Source: Candidatus Obscuribacteraceae bacterium
Lineage (GTDB): Bacteria > Cyanobacteriota > Vampirovibrionia > Obscuribacterales > Obscuribacteraceae
Assembly (NCBI GenBank): GCA_044226015.1
Contig: JBGAHS010000001.1
Span: 512,001-576,000, forward strand
Length of the DNA stretch: 64,000 nucleotides
Direction: 5' to 3'
Shown here piece after piece: positions 27,905-36,494 of the stretch. Numbering within the stretch: the first letter of the stretch is position 1; each line of letters begins with the position of its first letter. A program made the translations under genes and the position numbers. Under the pieces are notes generated by a model that saw only the letters and a program-made list of their open reading frames with translations, had not been told where the DNA came from and searched no databases.

Positions 27905-29569
27905 TTAATCCTTCTTCTTAATTCCCCAGCTCGGAACCGCTCTCATCCACGGGGCGTATTCCGCTGGTACGACCAGGCGGCTTTGCAACTTGGACTGTCT
28001 TTCGCTTAGAACAGCCAGCTTAGCCTGTCTTGCAAGTTCGTCCCAGGAGATATGACCCTCTCCAACCATTCCTGAGTCGGCCAGTTTTACCCGGTCTCGA
28101 CCCTCGAACTTCGCCACATCGAGGGCTTGTTCGGCTGTTTTTAGGAGCATTCCCGGCTCTTCCCCATTAGTTGGGTAGGTGGATAGGCCGATTGAGACTG
28201 TAACCATGCCTACGCCTGGAGCACTTTCGCTGCGAATTTTGGCTCGCAATCGTTCGGCCACTTCCAGGGCGTCTTGCCGGGCTGTTTCTGGAAGTATGAC
28301 TGCGAATTCCTGGGAGCCAAGCCTGCAAGGCACGTCGATGTCGCGAAGTGTAGTTTTTACAAGTTTTGCAACGTGTTTGATTGCCTCATCGCCCTTGCCG
28401 GCACCGAGCAGTTCATTGACACGCGTCAGGTGATCTATATCTATGCGCATAATTCCGAATTCATGCTTATGCCTTACCGAACGTTCCAGCTCTTTGCTGA
28501 ACGTATCATTGAAATGCCAGGGGTTGTACAAGCCGGTGTGAGCATCTTGCATAGTTTGGGCAGCAGCGGTCTCGTGGGTGAGTGCGATGTTGAGTGCCGT
28601 GGCAACCTGATGTGCTAGAGACTCGAGCAGGTCGACTTGCTCGCGGTGAAAACTGCGCATTTCCTGGGAAAAAAGCATCAAAACACCAAGCGCTTTATTC
28701 TCATGAACAACAGGAATTGCAATTGCTGAGCCGAATAAGCCACCTCCTGTTGAGCGTGGCAAGCGTAGTTGAATGTTAGTGGCATCGCTTTGATATTCTG
28801 TTTTGTTGCTCATGATGCAGCGCCCGGCTAGCGTGTCTTCAACAGAAAGGTCAAAGTCATTTATGTTGTTGCCATCGAGACCTTTAAATGCTGCCAGATT
28901 GAATTGCTTTTTCTCCTGGTCAAGCACAAGAACAGCACAGTGTGGCGTATTAGCCAGAATCAGCGAAGTGTCAGCGGCAATCTGAAGAACATCCGCCACT
29001 TTGAGCGAACTGTTGCTCAGCGCTACGCTCGATTTGTACAGCGTGCCGAGCCTCTCTCTTTCATATTCAGAACGACCAAATAAAATCGCGTTAGCAACCG
29101 CAATCGCGACAAGATCCGAAAGATGCTTGAGCAGGTCAATCATGCCAAGCAAGCCAGAATCTTTCACATCGATAAGCATGCAGCCGACGAGTAAATTTGA
29201 GGCGATCAACGGCAAGCCAATTTGAGCGGCACTGCCTTCCCTTTTCATAATGACTGCACTTACATCTGGTGCTTGCGCTGGGTCTGAAATAGTGGCAATC
29301 TGCCTTTTCTGAACCACAGGTTTCAGCAAACTGTCAGAGGAAAATTGGAGCACCCGTAGCTGCTCCTGACTGGGTTCTGAATACCCTCTGGAGGTCATCA
29401 GCTTGAGTGAGAGACTGTCGTTATCGGATAAAAATACTGCGACTTTGGCATCACCAGCTAAATCAACGAATTGTGAAACTGCTGTATCCAGAACGTCTCT
29501 CAAACGTAGTGAGCTGTTTAATGCCTTCACCATTTGCAGCAGGTGCTGCACCAGGTTGCCTTCTGCCAT
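27905..29569 (-). CDS. GAF-GAF-GGDEF protein with degenerate active site (GSQEF)
   Basis: Two GAF-like domains; DAHTGLYN, DIDH, RDID I-site, RLGSQEF, TVSIG, AKFEGRDRV. Confidence 0.88.
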   Translation of the reverse strand: MAEGNLVQHLLQMVKALNSSLRLRDVLDTAVSQFVDLAGDAKVAVFLSDNDSLSLKLMTSRGYSEPSQEQLRVLQFSSDSLLKPVVQKRQIATISDPAQAPDVSAVIMKREGSAAQIGLPLIASNLLVGCMLIDVKDSGLLGMIDLLKHLSDLVAIAVANAILFGRSEYERERLGTLYKSSVALSNSSLKVADVLQIAADTSLILANTPHCAVLVLDQEKKQFNLAAFKGLDGNNINDFDLSVEDTLAGRCIMSNKTEYQSDATNIQLRLPRSTGGGLFGSAIAIPVVHENKALGVLMLFSQEMRSFHREQVDLLESLAHQVATALNIALTHETAAAQTMQDAHTGLYNPWHFNDTFSKELERSVRHKHEFGIMRIDIDHLTRVNELLGAGKGDEAIKHVAKLVKTTLRDIDVPCRLGSQEFAVILPETARQDALEVAERLRAKIRSESAPGVGMVTVSIGLSTYPTNGEEPGMLLKTAEQALDVAKFEGRDRVKLADSGMVGEGHISWDELARQAKLAVLSERQSKLQSRLVVPAEYAPWMRAVPSWGIKKKD

Positions 29570-29725
29570 GACCCTTCCTTGTATATGTACTATCATTCTG
29601 CACGAACCACAAACGAATGGAAACTAAACGTATTAGAGCCGAATTCGAGCAAATTCATCTTCTAACCCATCTATAATGAGCCAGTTATTTGCGGTCCGAA
29701 CTCAAACAAATATATGGAGTGTTTT

Positions 29726-30064
29726 ATGACAGATGATTGCCTTTTCTGCAAAATAGCGGGTGGACAGATACCCGCTAAGGTGGTGAAGGAAACGGATTCT
29801 TACATGGCTTTTCGAGACATCAATCCGCAGGCACCAACGCACATCCTTGTTATTCCAAAATCGCATTTTGCTGATGTTTCACAGGTTAAAGATGCGCAGC
29901 TTTTGGGTAGCCTCATGCAAGCTGCGGCGGGAATTGCAGCGGAAGAGAAGTTGGGTAATGGATTTCGACTGGTGGTGAACACAGGAGCAGATGGTGGACA
30001 GACAGTTTTCCATCTTCATATCCACTTGTTGGGAGGTCGAAGCCTCGACTGGCCGCCAGGTTAG
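29726..30064 (+). CDS. Histidine triad (HIT/HinT) nucleotide-binding protein
   Basis: CLFCKI, DINPQAPTH, HLHIHLLGGR...WPPG; GGAG RBS before ATG 29726. Confidence 0.95.
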   Translation: MTDDCLFCKIAGGQIPAKVVKETDSYMAFRDINPQAPTHILVIPKSHFADVSQVKDAQLLGSLMQAAAGIAAEEKLGNGFRLVVNTGADGGQTVFHLHIHLLGGRSLDWPPG

Positions 30065-30170
30065 GCTGTTTGTAAATTTGCTTTGAATCTTCGCGTTTTA
30101 CGCCTCTTGGAAACGGGTATGTATAAGTCAGGAAAGGAAGGCGCTTGACGCCAAAGCAGGAGATCGGGCA

Positions 30171-30386
30171 ATGGCTACGGCTACGAGAAATAAAAAAGAT
30201 CAGGTGCTATGGATGGCGGATTGCTATAGCCTGGCAAAGAGGTTCCCCAACCCGCATACATGGCTGGCTTTGCTCGAACAAGAGCAGCAAGATGCTATCG
30301 ATATCAACCCATTTCACTACTGGTTATGGATGGAAATATGGAAAGCAGCACAAACCTGTGCCCCTGAGGAAGAGGGCTATTGCTAA
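30171..30386 (+). CDS. Small Trp-rich hypothetical protein (71 aa)
   Basis: AGGAG RBS, followed by a terminator. Confidence 0.65.
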   Translation: MATATRNKKDQVLWMADCYSLAKRFPNPHTWLALLEQEQQDAIDINPFHYWLWMEIWKAAQTCAPEEEGYC

Positions 30387-30419
30387 GGCATCCCACGGTT
30401 TTAATTCGGTCTGCTATTG

Positions 30420-30455
30420 AAACCCGAGCCCTCCGGCTCGGGTTTCTACTTTCTG
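30420..30455 (+). terminator. Intrinsic terminator
   Basis: AAACCCGAGCC-loop-GGCTCGGGTTT followed by CTACTTTCT. Confidence 0.75.
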
Positions 30456-30841
30456 TTTGTGTAATCACTCTTGCGAGTTAATCCTTTCGCGCTAAAGGCG
30501 GTCTGACTGAAGCACAGCGTTCAAGTGTAAATGCAAACTGATGACACTTGCGCACATTTTTTTGACAGCAGACGATTTTTAGCAAGCTGATCTTTGTCAG
30601 TTTGTCGTACATTTTTCGCAGCTTACATCGCAGTTTCTGCGCAGTTCGTTGCAGTTTTTTTCGCTGTGAGACATAGCTGTATGCCGCTGTTCAATTGTGT
30701 AAACAGCCGGTTGCAGCTAACCCTGGGCCATGCATGAGTGTGCACGATTCGTCAGCAGTCGTGGGGCTTTCACGCTTTTGCACTATGCAATTCCGTTTGG
30801 ATGAGTACTATGGCAGAGGTTGTTGTATTGAGGTGCTTGCA

Positions 30842-31726
30842 ATGGTTCAAGAACGACTTTCACTCGTTCAAAGTGATTTGTTGTCTGCCAAGGACGAATC
30901 AAACGGTACATGGTCGACCTTGCAGGAAAGTGCATATGACTTTATGAAAGAGCACAAAACTGAAATCGCGGTCGGTGCTGTAGCGGTATTAGCAGGAACG
31001 GCTGGTCTGCAACTTTTGAGGCGTTCAAGCTCTGGGGTTTCTGAGAATATAGCATCGAAGCTCGGCTCTTCTGAGATTACTCCGCTGGCTCCTGCCATCA
31101 CCCGTGGTGAAGCTGCGTTTGGTTCAAACAAAGGTCTTTCCTGGGTTGGCAGAAGTGAGTCTGTGAAAATATCGGATTTGAGTCATCCGGAAATTTTGCC
31201 CGCGAGTGCTTTCGATAATGCGATAGTTGGTCGGGCTCCTCGCAAGGGAGAAGATTTAGCGAATACCTTCATGGGCGAAGGGCAAGTTCAGGGTGAGCAT
31301 TTTGCAAAAGTTATGAAGTCGATGGAGGGAATTGAAATTCCCAGATTTGCAGAAGAATATGCGGCGAAGGTTTCTCCCGGAGTGGCAAAACACAATATCC
31401 ATTTCATATTGGATAGGGCGGAAATGCCGCCCTCGTCAAATCGCTTCTGGGCGGCCACGCTGGCAAATTTAGAAACGCCAGGAGAATTCAGGTCTGGGCA
31501 ACAACTGCTCAGAGAATTCTTGCGTCAGCCTCCGGGAACTCCAAGTTCTGTGTATGCTGAGGTTCTAGCAAGCATGAAAGCAAGGGAGATTCCGCGCTTT
31601 ACGCGTGAGATAGATAGTATGGTGAGCACTTCAATAGAGAATCTGGAATTTTATTTGTCGCACGCAAAAGTCAGTTCTGAAACAAAACCAGTTTGGGAAG
31701 CCGCCCTTGCCAGGCTGCTTCAATGA
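30842..31726 (+). CDS. Hypothetical single-TM protein with duplicated C-terminal helical module
   Basis: GAGGTG RBS before ATG 30842; hydrophobic AVGAVAVLAGTAG; EIPRF-containing segment present twice. Confidence 0.7.
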   Translation: MVQERLSLVQSDLLSAKDESNGTWSTLQESAYDFMKEHKTEIAVGAVAVLAGTAGLQLLRRSSSGVSENIASKLGSSEITPLAPAITRGEAAFGSNKGLSWVGRSESVKISDLSHPEILPASAFDNAIVGRAPRKGEDLANTFMGEGQVQGEHFAKVMKSMEGIEIPRFAEEYAAKVSPGVAKHNIHFILDRAEMPPSSNRFWAATLANLETPGEFRSGQQLLREFLRQPPGTPSSVYAEVLASMKAREIPRFTREIDSMVSTSIENLEFYLSHAKVSSETKPVWEAALARLLQ

Positions 31727-31746
31727 ACTAGAAAATCGCATTAACC

Positions 31747-31777
31747 AAGAGGAGAGGCGAAATGCCTCTCCTCTTTT
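31747..31777. terminator. Intrinsic terminator between convergent genes
   Basis: AAGAGGAGAGGC-GAAAT-GCCTCTCCTCTT followed by TT. Confidence 0.8.
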
Positions 31778-31803
31778 ACGTTTACGAATTTGTCCGAGTC
31801 CGA

Positions 31804-32850
31804 CTAGACTTTAACTACTTGAGGCGGCCAGACCACTGACGTAACCTGTTGGTGCCTTGTGTTGCTATCTACAACACAACCTGAGCCAACGATGCAATGT
31901 TTTAGAGCAGCGTTCTCTTCAACTACGCTGTTCGACCAGACAATTGTGTCTTCCAGAACTGCGTTTCTCTCGATGCGGCAGTTGTCACCGATAATGACAC
32001 GTCCTTTGATTCGCACTCCTGAAGCGATGGTACTTTTCTTGCCTAGAAGGAGCGTGCCCTCTGTGACCACTCCTGAGTCGATTTTTGATTCAGGAGAGAG
32101 GAATTGGTTCTGATTATTCTTCTGAGGTAATTCGACCGTCAGGGCGCCTCCCAGCGCATCAAAGTTTGATTGGCGATATTGACCTACCGTGCCCACGTCA
32201 GACCAGTACGTTCCCAGGTCCACCGATAGCACAGGAAGTCCGTCTTGCACCAGTGAGGGGAAGAGTTGTCGTCCGAATCCGTATGAGCCTGTTTTAGGCA
32301 TGTATTCAAAAATCTGTGGTTCGAGAATGTAGATCCCCGTAGATGCGAAGTTCGACAGTGCTTCTTCCTGAGCTGGCTTCTCCTGGAAGCCAGTGATGAA
32401 TCCCTCTTCGTCTCTCAGAACTACTCCGAACTGGCTCACGTCATCCACTTTCTTGATTCCGATTGTGGCGAGCGCTTTCTTTTTCTTGTGTTCTGCATAG
32501 ATTTTGGAAAGGTCAGCATCTGTAAGCAAGTCGCCCATCAATACGATGAAAGTCTCTTGACCAAAGAAGTCCTTGCAGGCTCTGACGCCACCTGCGTCGC
32601 CGCTCAGCTCTGCTTCGTAGCGAAAGTCCAGGTTCATGCCCAGTGCACTTCCATCACCGAAGTAGCCGCGAATTTTGTCTGGCAGATAGTGCAGGTTCGA
32701 TACTACGTCGGTGAATCCATGCTTTTTGAGAAGCAGCAGCAAGTGTTCCATCACTGGTTTATTAGCGACGGGAACTAGTGGTTTGGGGACTTGTGAGGTG
32801 AGTGGGTCGAGGCGCGAACCGACACCTGCTGCGAGAACCATTGCTTTCAT
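31804..32850 (-). CDS. NDP-sugar synthase (mannose-1-phosphate guanylyltransferase-like) with C-terminal left-handed beta-helix
   Basis: LAAGVGSRLDPLT..PKPL, FQEKP, YWSDVGT, hexapeptide repeats. Confidence 0.9.
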   Translation of the reverse strand: MKAMVLAAGVGSRLDPLTSQVPKPLVPVANKPVMEHLLLLLKKHGFTDVVSNLHYLPDKIRGYFGDGSALGMNLDFRYEAELSGDAGGVRACKDFFGQETFIVLMGDLLTDADLSKIYAEHKKKKALATIGIKKVDDVSQFGVVLRDEEGFITGFQEKPAQEEALSNFASTGIYILEPQIFEYMPKTGSYGFGRQLFPSLVQDGLPVLSVDLGTYWSDVGTVGQYRQSNFDALGGALTVELPQKNNQNQFLSPESKIDSGVVTEGTLLLGKKSTIASGVRIKGRVIIGDNCRIERNAVLEDTIVWSNSVVEENAALKHCIVGSGCVVDSNTRHQQVTSVVWPPQVVKV

Positions 32851-33067
32851 TCTGAATTTGGCTTAAGAAAGCCCCTCCGAGTTAGTACTCAAATAGTAAA
32901 GTTCAAACGAACTCGGAATATTATCCAACCGAACAGTTAAACAAGTCTGTTGGTTAAAAATATCTTTGAGAAAAAAAATGGCAAATTAAGCTCAGCGAGC
33001 CGATTTCGATTAGTTGAAATTCAATTTTGCCCAGTTGGACAGCAATTGAGTTCTGTGAAAGCACTAC

Positions 33068-34456
33068 TTAGCGAGGAGAAATCTTCTCTTTTAGCTTTAG
33101 ATTGTCTCTATCTAATATTTCTCGTGACTTAAGCAGTCCCAACTCAACCTGATCTCGCGAGCTGCCGCCGAGAGAACAAAATGCACCTACCGATTCCTCG
33201 ACAGAGACGTGATCATAAATGTCCATTTCGTAAGCCGGTGAAAATTGTTGCCACTCGCTCAAGCTGAGGTCGGAGAGATATTTATTTCTCGCCTTGCAGT
33301 ATGCCGCGAGTTGTTCAACCACGCGTGTGGCAATGTTTCTATCGACACCACGTGTGATCAAATAATCCAGAGCATTATTGACGTTTACCAGATCAGCACA
33401 AGCAACTTCACGCATGCGCTCTGCATCGAGTTCTATGCCTGGCAAAAGTCCGATGAGAAAATCTAGCAGCACCTTCAACGTATCGATGATGTCTGCAAGT
33501 CCGAGAACGCACTCTTGCAAATCAAGACTGTATCCCGTAGTTATCGCTTTAAGCTCGACGATGAATTCAAGCATGCGACCAAAAATTAGCGATGGTCTTG
33601 AGCGTAACGCTTCCAATATTTCCGGGTTGCGTTTCAGAGGCAATGTGTGCGAAGAAATGATCAGATCTTGTGGAACCCTTGCAAAGGCAAACTCCTGGGT
33701 GACCCACAGAAGCAACTCAGAGCCCAGCTGTGAAAGATGCAAGCCTACGATGGTGGCAAACGCTCCAAATTCGATAACGAAATCACGATCAGAAACTGCA
33801 TCTAAGCTGTTCTCTATAAGCTCATCAAACCCCAATAACTCTGCCACCATTCTTCGATCGATGGGCTCTCTTGTTCCTGCAAGAACGTTGGCGCCAAGTG
33901 GCAATAAATTCAATCTCTTGTAGTAGTCATTAAAACGTGAAAAGTCTCTTGCGATTCTCGCTTCGTTTGAAAGCCACCAGTGAGAAAGCAAAATTGCGTC
34001 GGCTGGCTGCATGTGCGTGTAACCTGGCATAACGATGTCGATGTCGCGCTCTGCGAGGTCATTGAAAACTTTGCGGAGTTGATTCAGTAGCTCTGCAATC
34101 TGAAGTGATTCATCTCTGACCCAGAGACGCAAATCGGTGGCGGCTTGATCATTGTGTGACTTTGCTGTTCTAGCTAATACAAACTCTTCTCCAATGCGTG
34201 CGCGAAGCTCTCTCTCCAGTGCTTCATAAACATCTGCATCGGTATCACATATAGTGCCATTGCTTGCGGCAATGTCATCATATGCGGCAAGAATTCGTTC
34301 AGCACTACCTTCTTTTATGATGCCAGTTTTCGCCAGCATACGCACGTGAGCTGAGCTGGATAATAGCGCTCGTTTGAATAACTCTTTCTCTATATTTGTT
34401 GCAAGCCGAATGCGGCGGAAGTGAATGCTTTTCTGAGCTGTCGATTCTACTGTCAA
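33068..34456 (-). CDS. argH: Argininosuccinate lyase-like protein with divergent active-site motifs
   Basis: SHNDQ, MPGYTHMQPA, NSLDAVSDRDF; signature loop reads SSHTLPLKRNP. Confidence 0.75.
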   Translation of the reverse strand: MTVESTAQKSIHFRRIRLATNIEKELFKRALLSSSAHVRMLAKTGIIKEGSAERILAAYDDIAASNGTICDTDADVYEALERELRARIGEEFVLARTAKSHNDQAATDLRLWVRDESLQIAELLNQLRKVFNDLAERDIDIVMPGYTHMQPADAILLSHWWLSNEARIARDFSRFNDYYKRLNLLPLGANVLAGTREPIDRRMVAELLGFDELIENSLDAVSDRDFVIEFGAFATIVGLHLSQLGSELLLWVTQEFAFARVPQDLIISSHTLPLKRNPEILEALRSRPSLIFGRMLEFIVELKAITTGYSLDLQECVLGLADIIDTLKVLLDFLIGLLPGIELDAERMREVACADLVNVNNALDYLITRGVDRNIATRVVEQLAAYCKARNKYLSDLSLSEWQQFSPAYEMDIYDHVSVEESVGAFCSLGGSSRDQVELGLLKSREILDRDNLKLKEKISPR

Positions 34457-34514
34457 AATAACCCTGCATTTCGTTTTTTTTGTGCCTTATGGCTGCTCGC
34501 TATTATACTGCTTT

Positions 34515-34547
34515 AAAAACAATGAGAACTGGCTTTTGGCCAGTTCT
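34515..34547 (-). terminator. Intrinsic terminator of the 36-aa small gene
   Basis: AGAACTGGC-loop-GCCAGTTCT followed by CATTGTTTTT on the - strand. Confidence 0.7.
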
Positions 34548-34571
34548 ACGTCGTTCAAATCAAGAATGAGT

Positions 34572-34682
34572 TCAAGCAACTTTTTTCTTTTTCTGTATCT
34601 TATTGATCTTGTCTACTTGCCTCTTGTAGCGAGTTAATTCTTGTTGATAACGTTTCTGTACTTCTTTCTCTTTATCTGCCAT
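34572..34682 (-). CDS. Unannotated 36-aa charged small protein MADKEKEVQKRYQQELTRYKRQVDKINKIQKKKKVA
   Basis: ATG..TGA frame of 111 nt, GAGAAG upstream, flanked by a promoter and a terminator. Confidence 0.72.
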   Translation of the reverse strand: MADKEKEVQKRYQQELTRYKRQVDKINKIQKKKKVA

Positions 34683-34795
34683 ATCGTCACTTCTCTGAAC
34701 CGGATTTTGGGAAATTGCCTCATGTCCTGTAGTGAATCCGTTCGCTGACGGTACGAAGGAGTCACCGGTGGACTTACAGCTTCTGATACTACATT

Positions 34796-34824
34796 AATAT
34801 AAACCCTTTTTCAGGATTGCGCAA
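34796..34824 (-). promoter_or_regulatory. Sigma70-type promoter of the small gene
   Basis: TTGCGC-17 nt-TATATT on the - strand. Confidence 0.6.
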
Positions 34825-34881
34825 CAGTCTGTAATCATATCTGATTGCTATATGTTTGGCAAGTCTTGACTTAAAGTGAAG

Positions 34882-36120
34882 TCAAGCTCCAGCTTGAGCG
34901 GTTTCTTTTCCGGAAGCTTCGCCGTTCTTGTTTTTCTCGATTTTCGGGAGCGCTAAACTCAGCAAGACAACCACTGCCATTACACCAGCGCCAACATAGT
35001 ATGGGTAGGCTTGCCCCAGGTGTTGGAACGCAACGGCGCCAGCCACTGGACCCAGAACTCTTCCTAGAGTGGCAAGACTCTGTCCAACGCCCAGAACGCC
35101 GCCGACTACTTCGGAATCAGCAAGTTTTGAGGTCATACTCTGGTTGGAGGGGTTGATGATGCTTGTGCCAATGGCGAGTAGACCCATCGCCACATAAAGA
35201 CCAGTCACGCTTTTCAAGAGAACCGTGCAGAGCAGCCCAGCTGTCACGATAAGAGCCCCTGTTGTGATGAGCGGCGGCTCGGGGCACTTCTTGGAGAGTC
35301 TACCGATTAATCCACCCTGGACGAACACCATGACAAAGCCAATGTACGTGAAAAGCCAGCTCATATCGGCTTTGCTGAACTTGTACCAGTCGGCTGCCAA
35401 CAGAGCAAGAGTGGCTTCCATGTTGGCGAAAGCAAATGTAGAGAGGAAAAATATCAAAAGAGAGGTCGTCAGTTTGGGGTTGGCGATGGTTTTGAAGTAG
35501 AAGCCAGCTTCCATTTTGTAGCGATCATGACCTGCGCTTGAGCGTTTTTCTGGTTCGGGCAATTTTGCTAATGCCAGGAGGAAAGCCAGCGCACTGAATG
35601 CTGCAGCCACATAACCGATCGCCTGGATGCCGAACATGCTCAGTCCGCCACCGATTGCAGGTCCGAGGGTGAAGCCGAGTCCGAAAGCAGCACCGATAAG
35701 ACCCATGCCTTTGGCGCGGTCTTCTGGTTTTGTCACATCAGTTATGTAGGCTTGCGCTACTGCGATGTTGGCATTTCCTGCTCCAGCGACTATGCGTGAA
35801 ATGAACAGCAAGGGCAGGGTGCCTGCAAAACCCCAGATGGCGTAGCCGATTGCCGATGCTGCCAGGCTCACTAGTAAAATGGGTTTGCGACCCATGTTGT
35901 CGGAAAGTCTTCCCCAGAAAGGTGTTAGGAAGAACTGCATCAAGGAGTAGGACATCAAAAGCAGGCCTACAGTCTGTGGGTCAGCGCCGAAGGCGACAGC
36001 ACACTGAGGCAAAACTGGAATGATAATTCCGAAGCCTACCAGGTCGATGAATACGACCAGAAAGATTAGCAGCAGGGCTGATTTGCCTGGTTTCTTTACC
36101 TGTTCTTGATTTTCACTCAA
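34882..36120 (-). CDS. MFS transporter, TetA/DHA1-like
   Basis: GRLSDNMGRKP motif A, AYITDVT..EDRAKGMG, GFTLGPAIGG motif C, about 12 TMs. Confidence 0.92.
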   Translation of the reverse strand: MSENQEQVKKPGKSALLLIFLVVFIDLVGFGIIIPVLPQCAVAFGADPQTVGLLLMSYSLMQFFLTPFWGRLSDNMGRKPILLVSLAASAIGYAIWGFAGTLPLLFISRIVAGAGNANIAVAQAYITDVTKPEDRAKGMGLIGAAFGLGFTLGPAIGGGLSMFGIQAIGYVAAAFSALAFLLALAKLPEPEKRSSAGHDRYKMEAGFYFKTIANPKLTTSLLIFFLSTFAFANMEATLALLAADWYKFSKADMSWLFTYIGFVMVFVQGGLIGRLSKKCPEPPLITTGALIVTAGLLCTVLLKSVTGLYVAMGLLAIGTSIINPSNQSMTSKLADSEVVGGVLGVGQSLATLGRVLGPVAGAVAFQHLGQAYPYYVGAGVMAVVVLLSLALPKIEKNKNGEASGKETAQAGA

Positions 36121-36494
36121 AGCCGATTCCTCGATACACGCCGCCTTAATTTAACGCAGGGCGCGATTGGATGCCTTAAGGTTCTGAAAGGATTTATTTG
36201 TTCACAAGCCGTCAGAGCCAGATTTGCTGCGTTCCATTTTGAAGACTCTTCGCTCTTAGTCTTCTGCAGTCAGTGTGTAATGCGTGCTCAGTTTCCGAAA
36301 TCGAAGAAGCAGGGTCCGGACAGTGCTACGCTCAAACATTCCGGGATTTGTTAATGGCGGTGTTTTTTTTATCAGTCCCCGTGTACTTTTGCGACCGATA
36401 AGATCAAAGCTGATTAAGGCTCGATAAACGAAGTCCTTTGCTGGGTAAGGTTTAAGTAATGGAGCTATTTCCATGCTGTGATGGATGATCTTCG

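Noticed and set aside
36256..36474. 72-aa ORF between the MFS and kinase genes
   Set aside because: It lies in a divergent promoter region with no clear RBS or recognisable motif.
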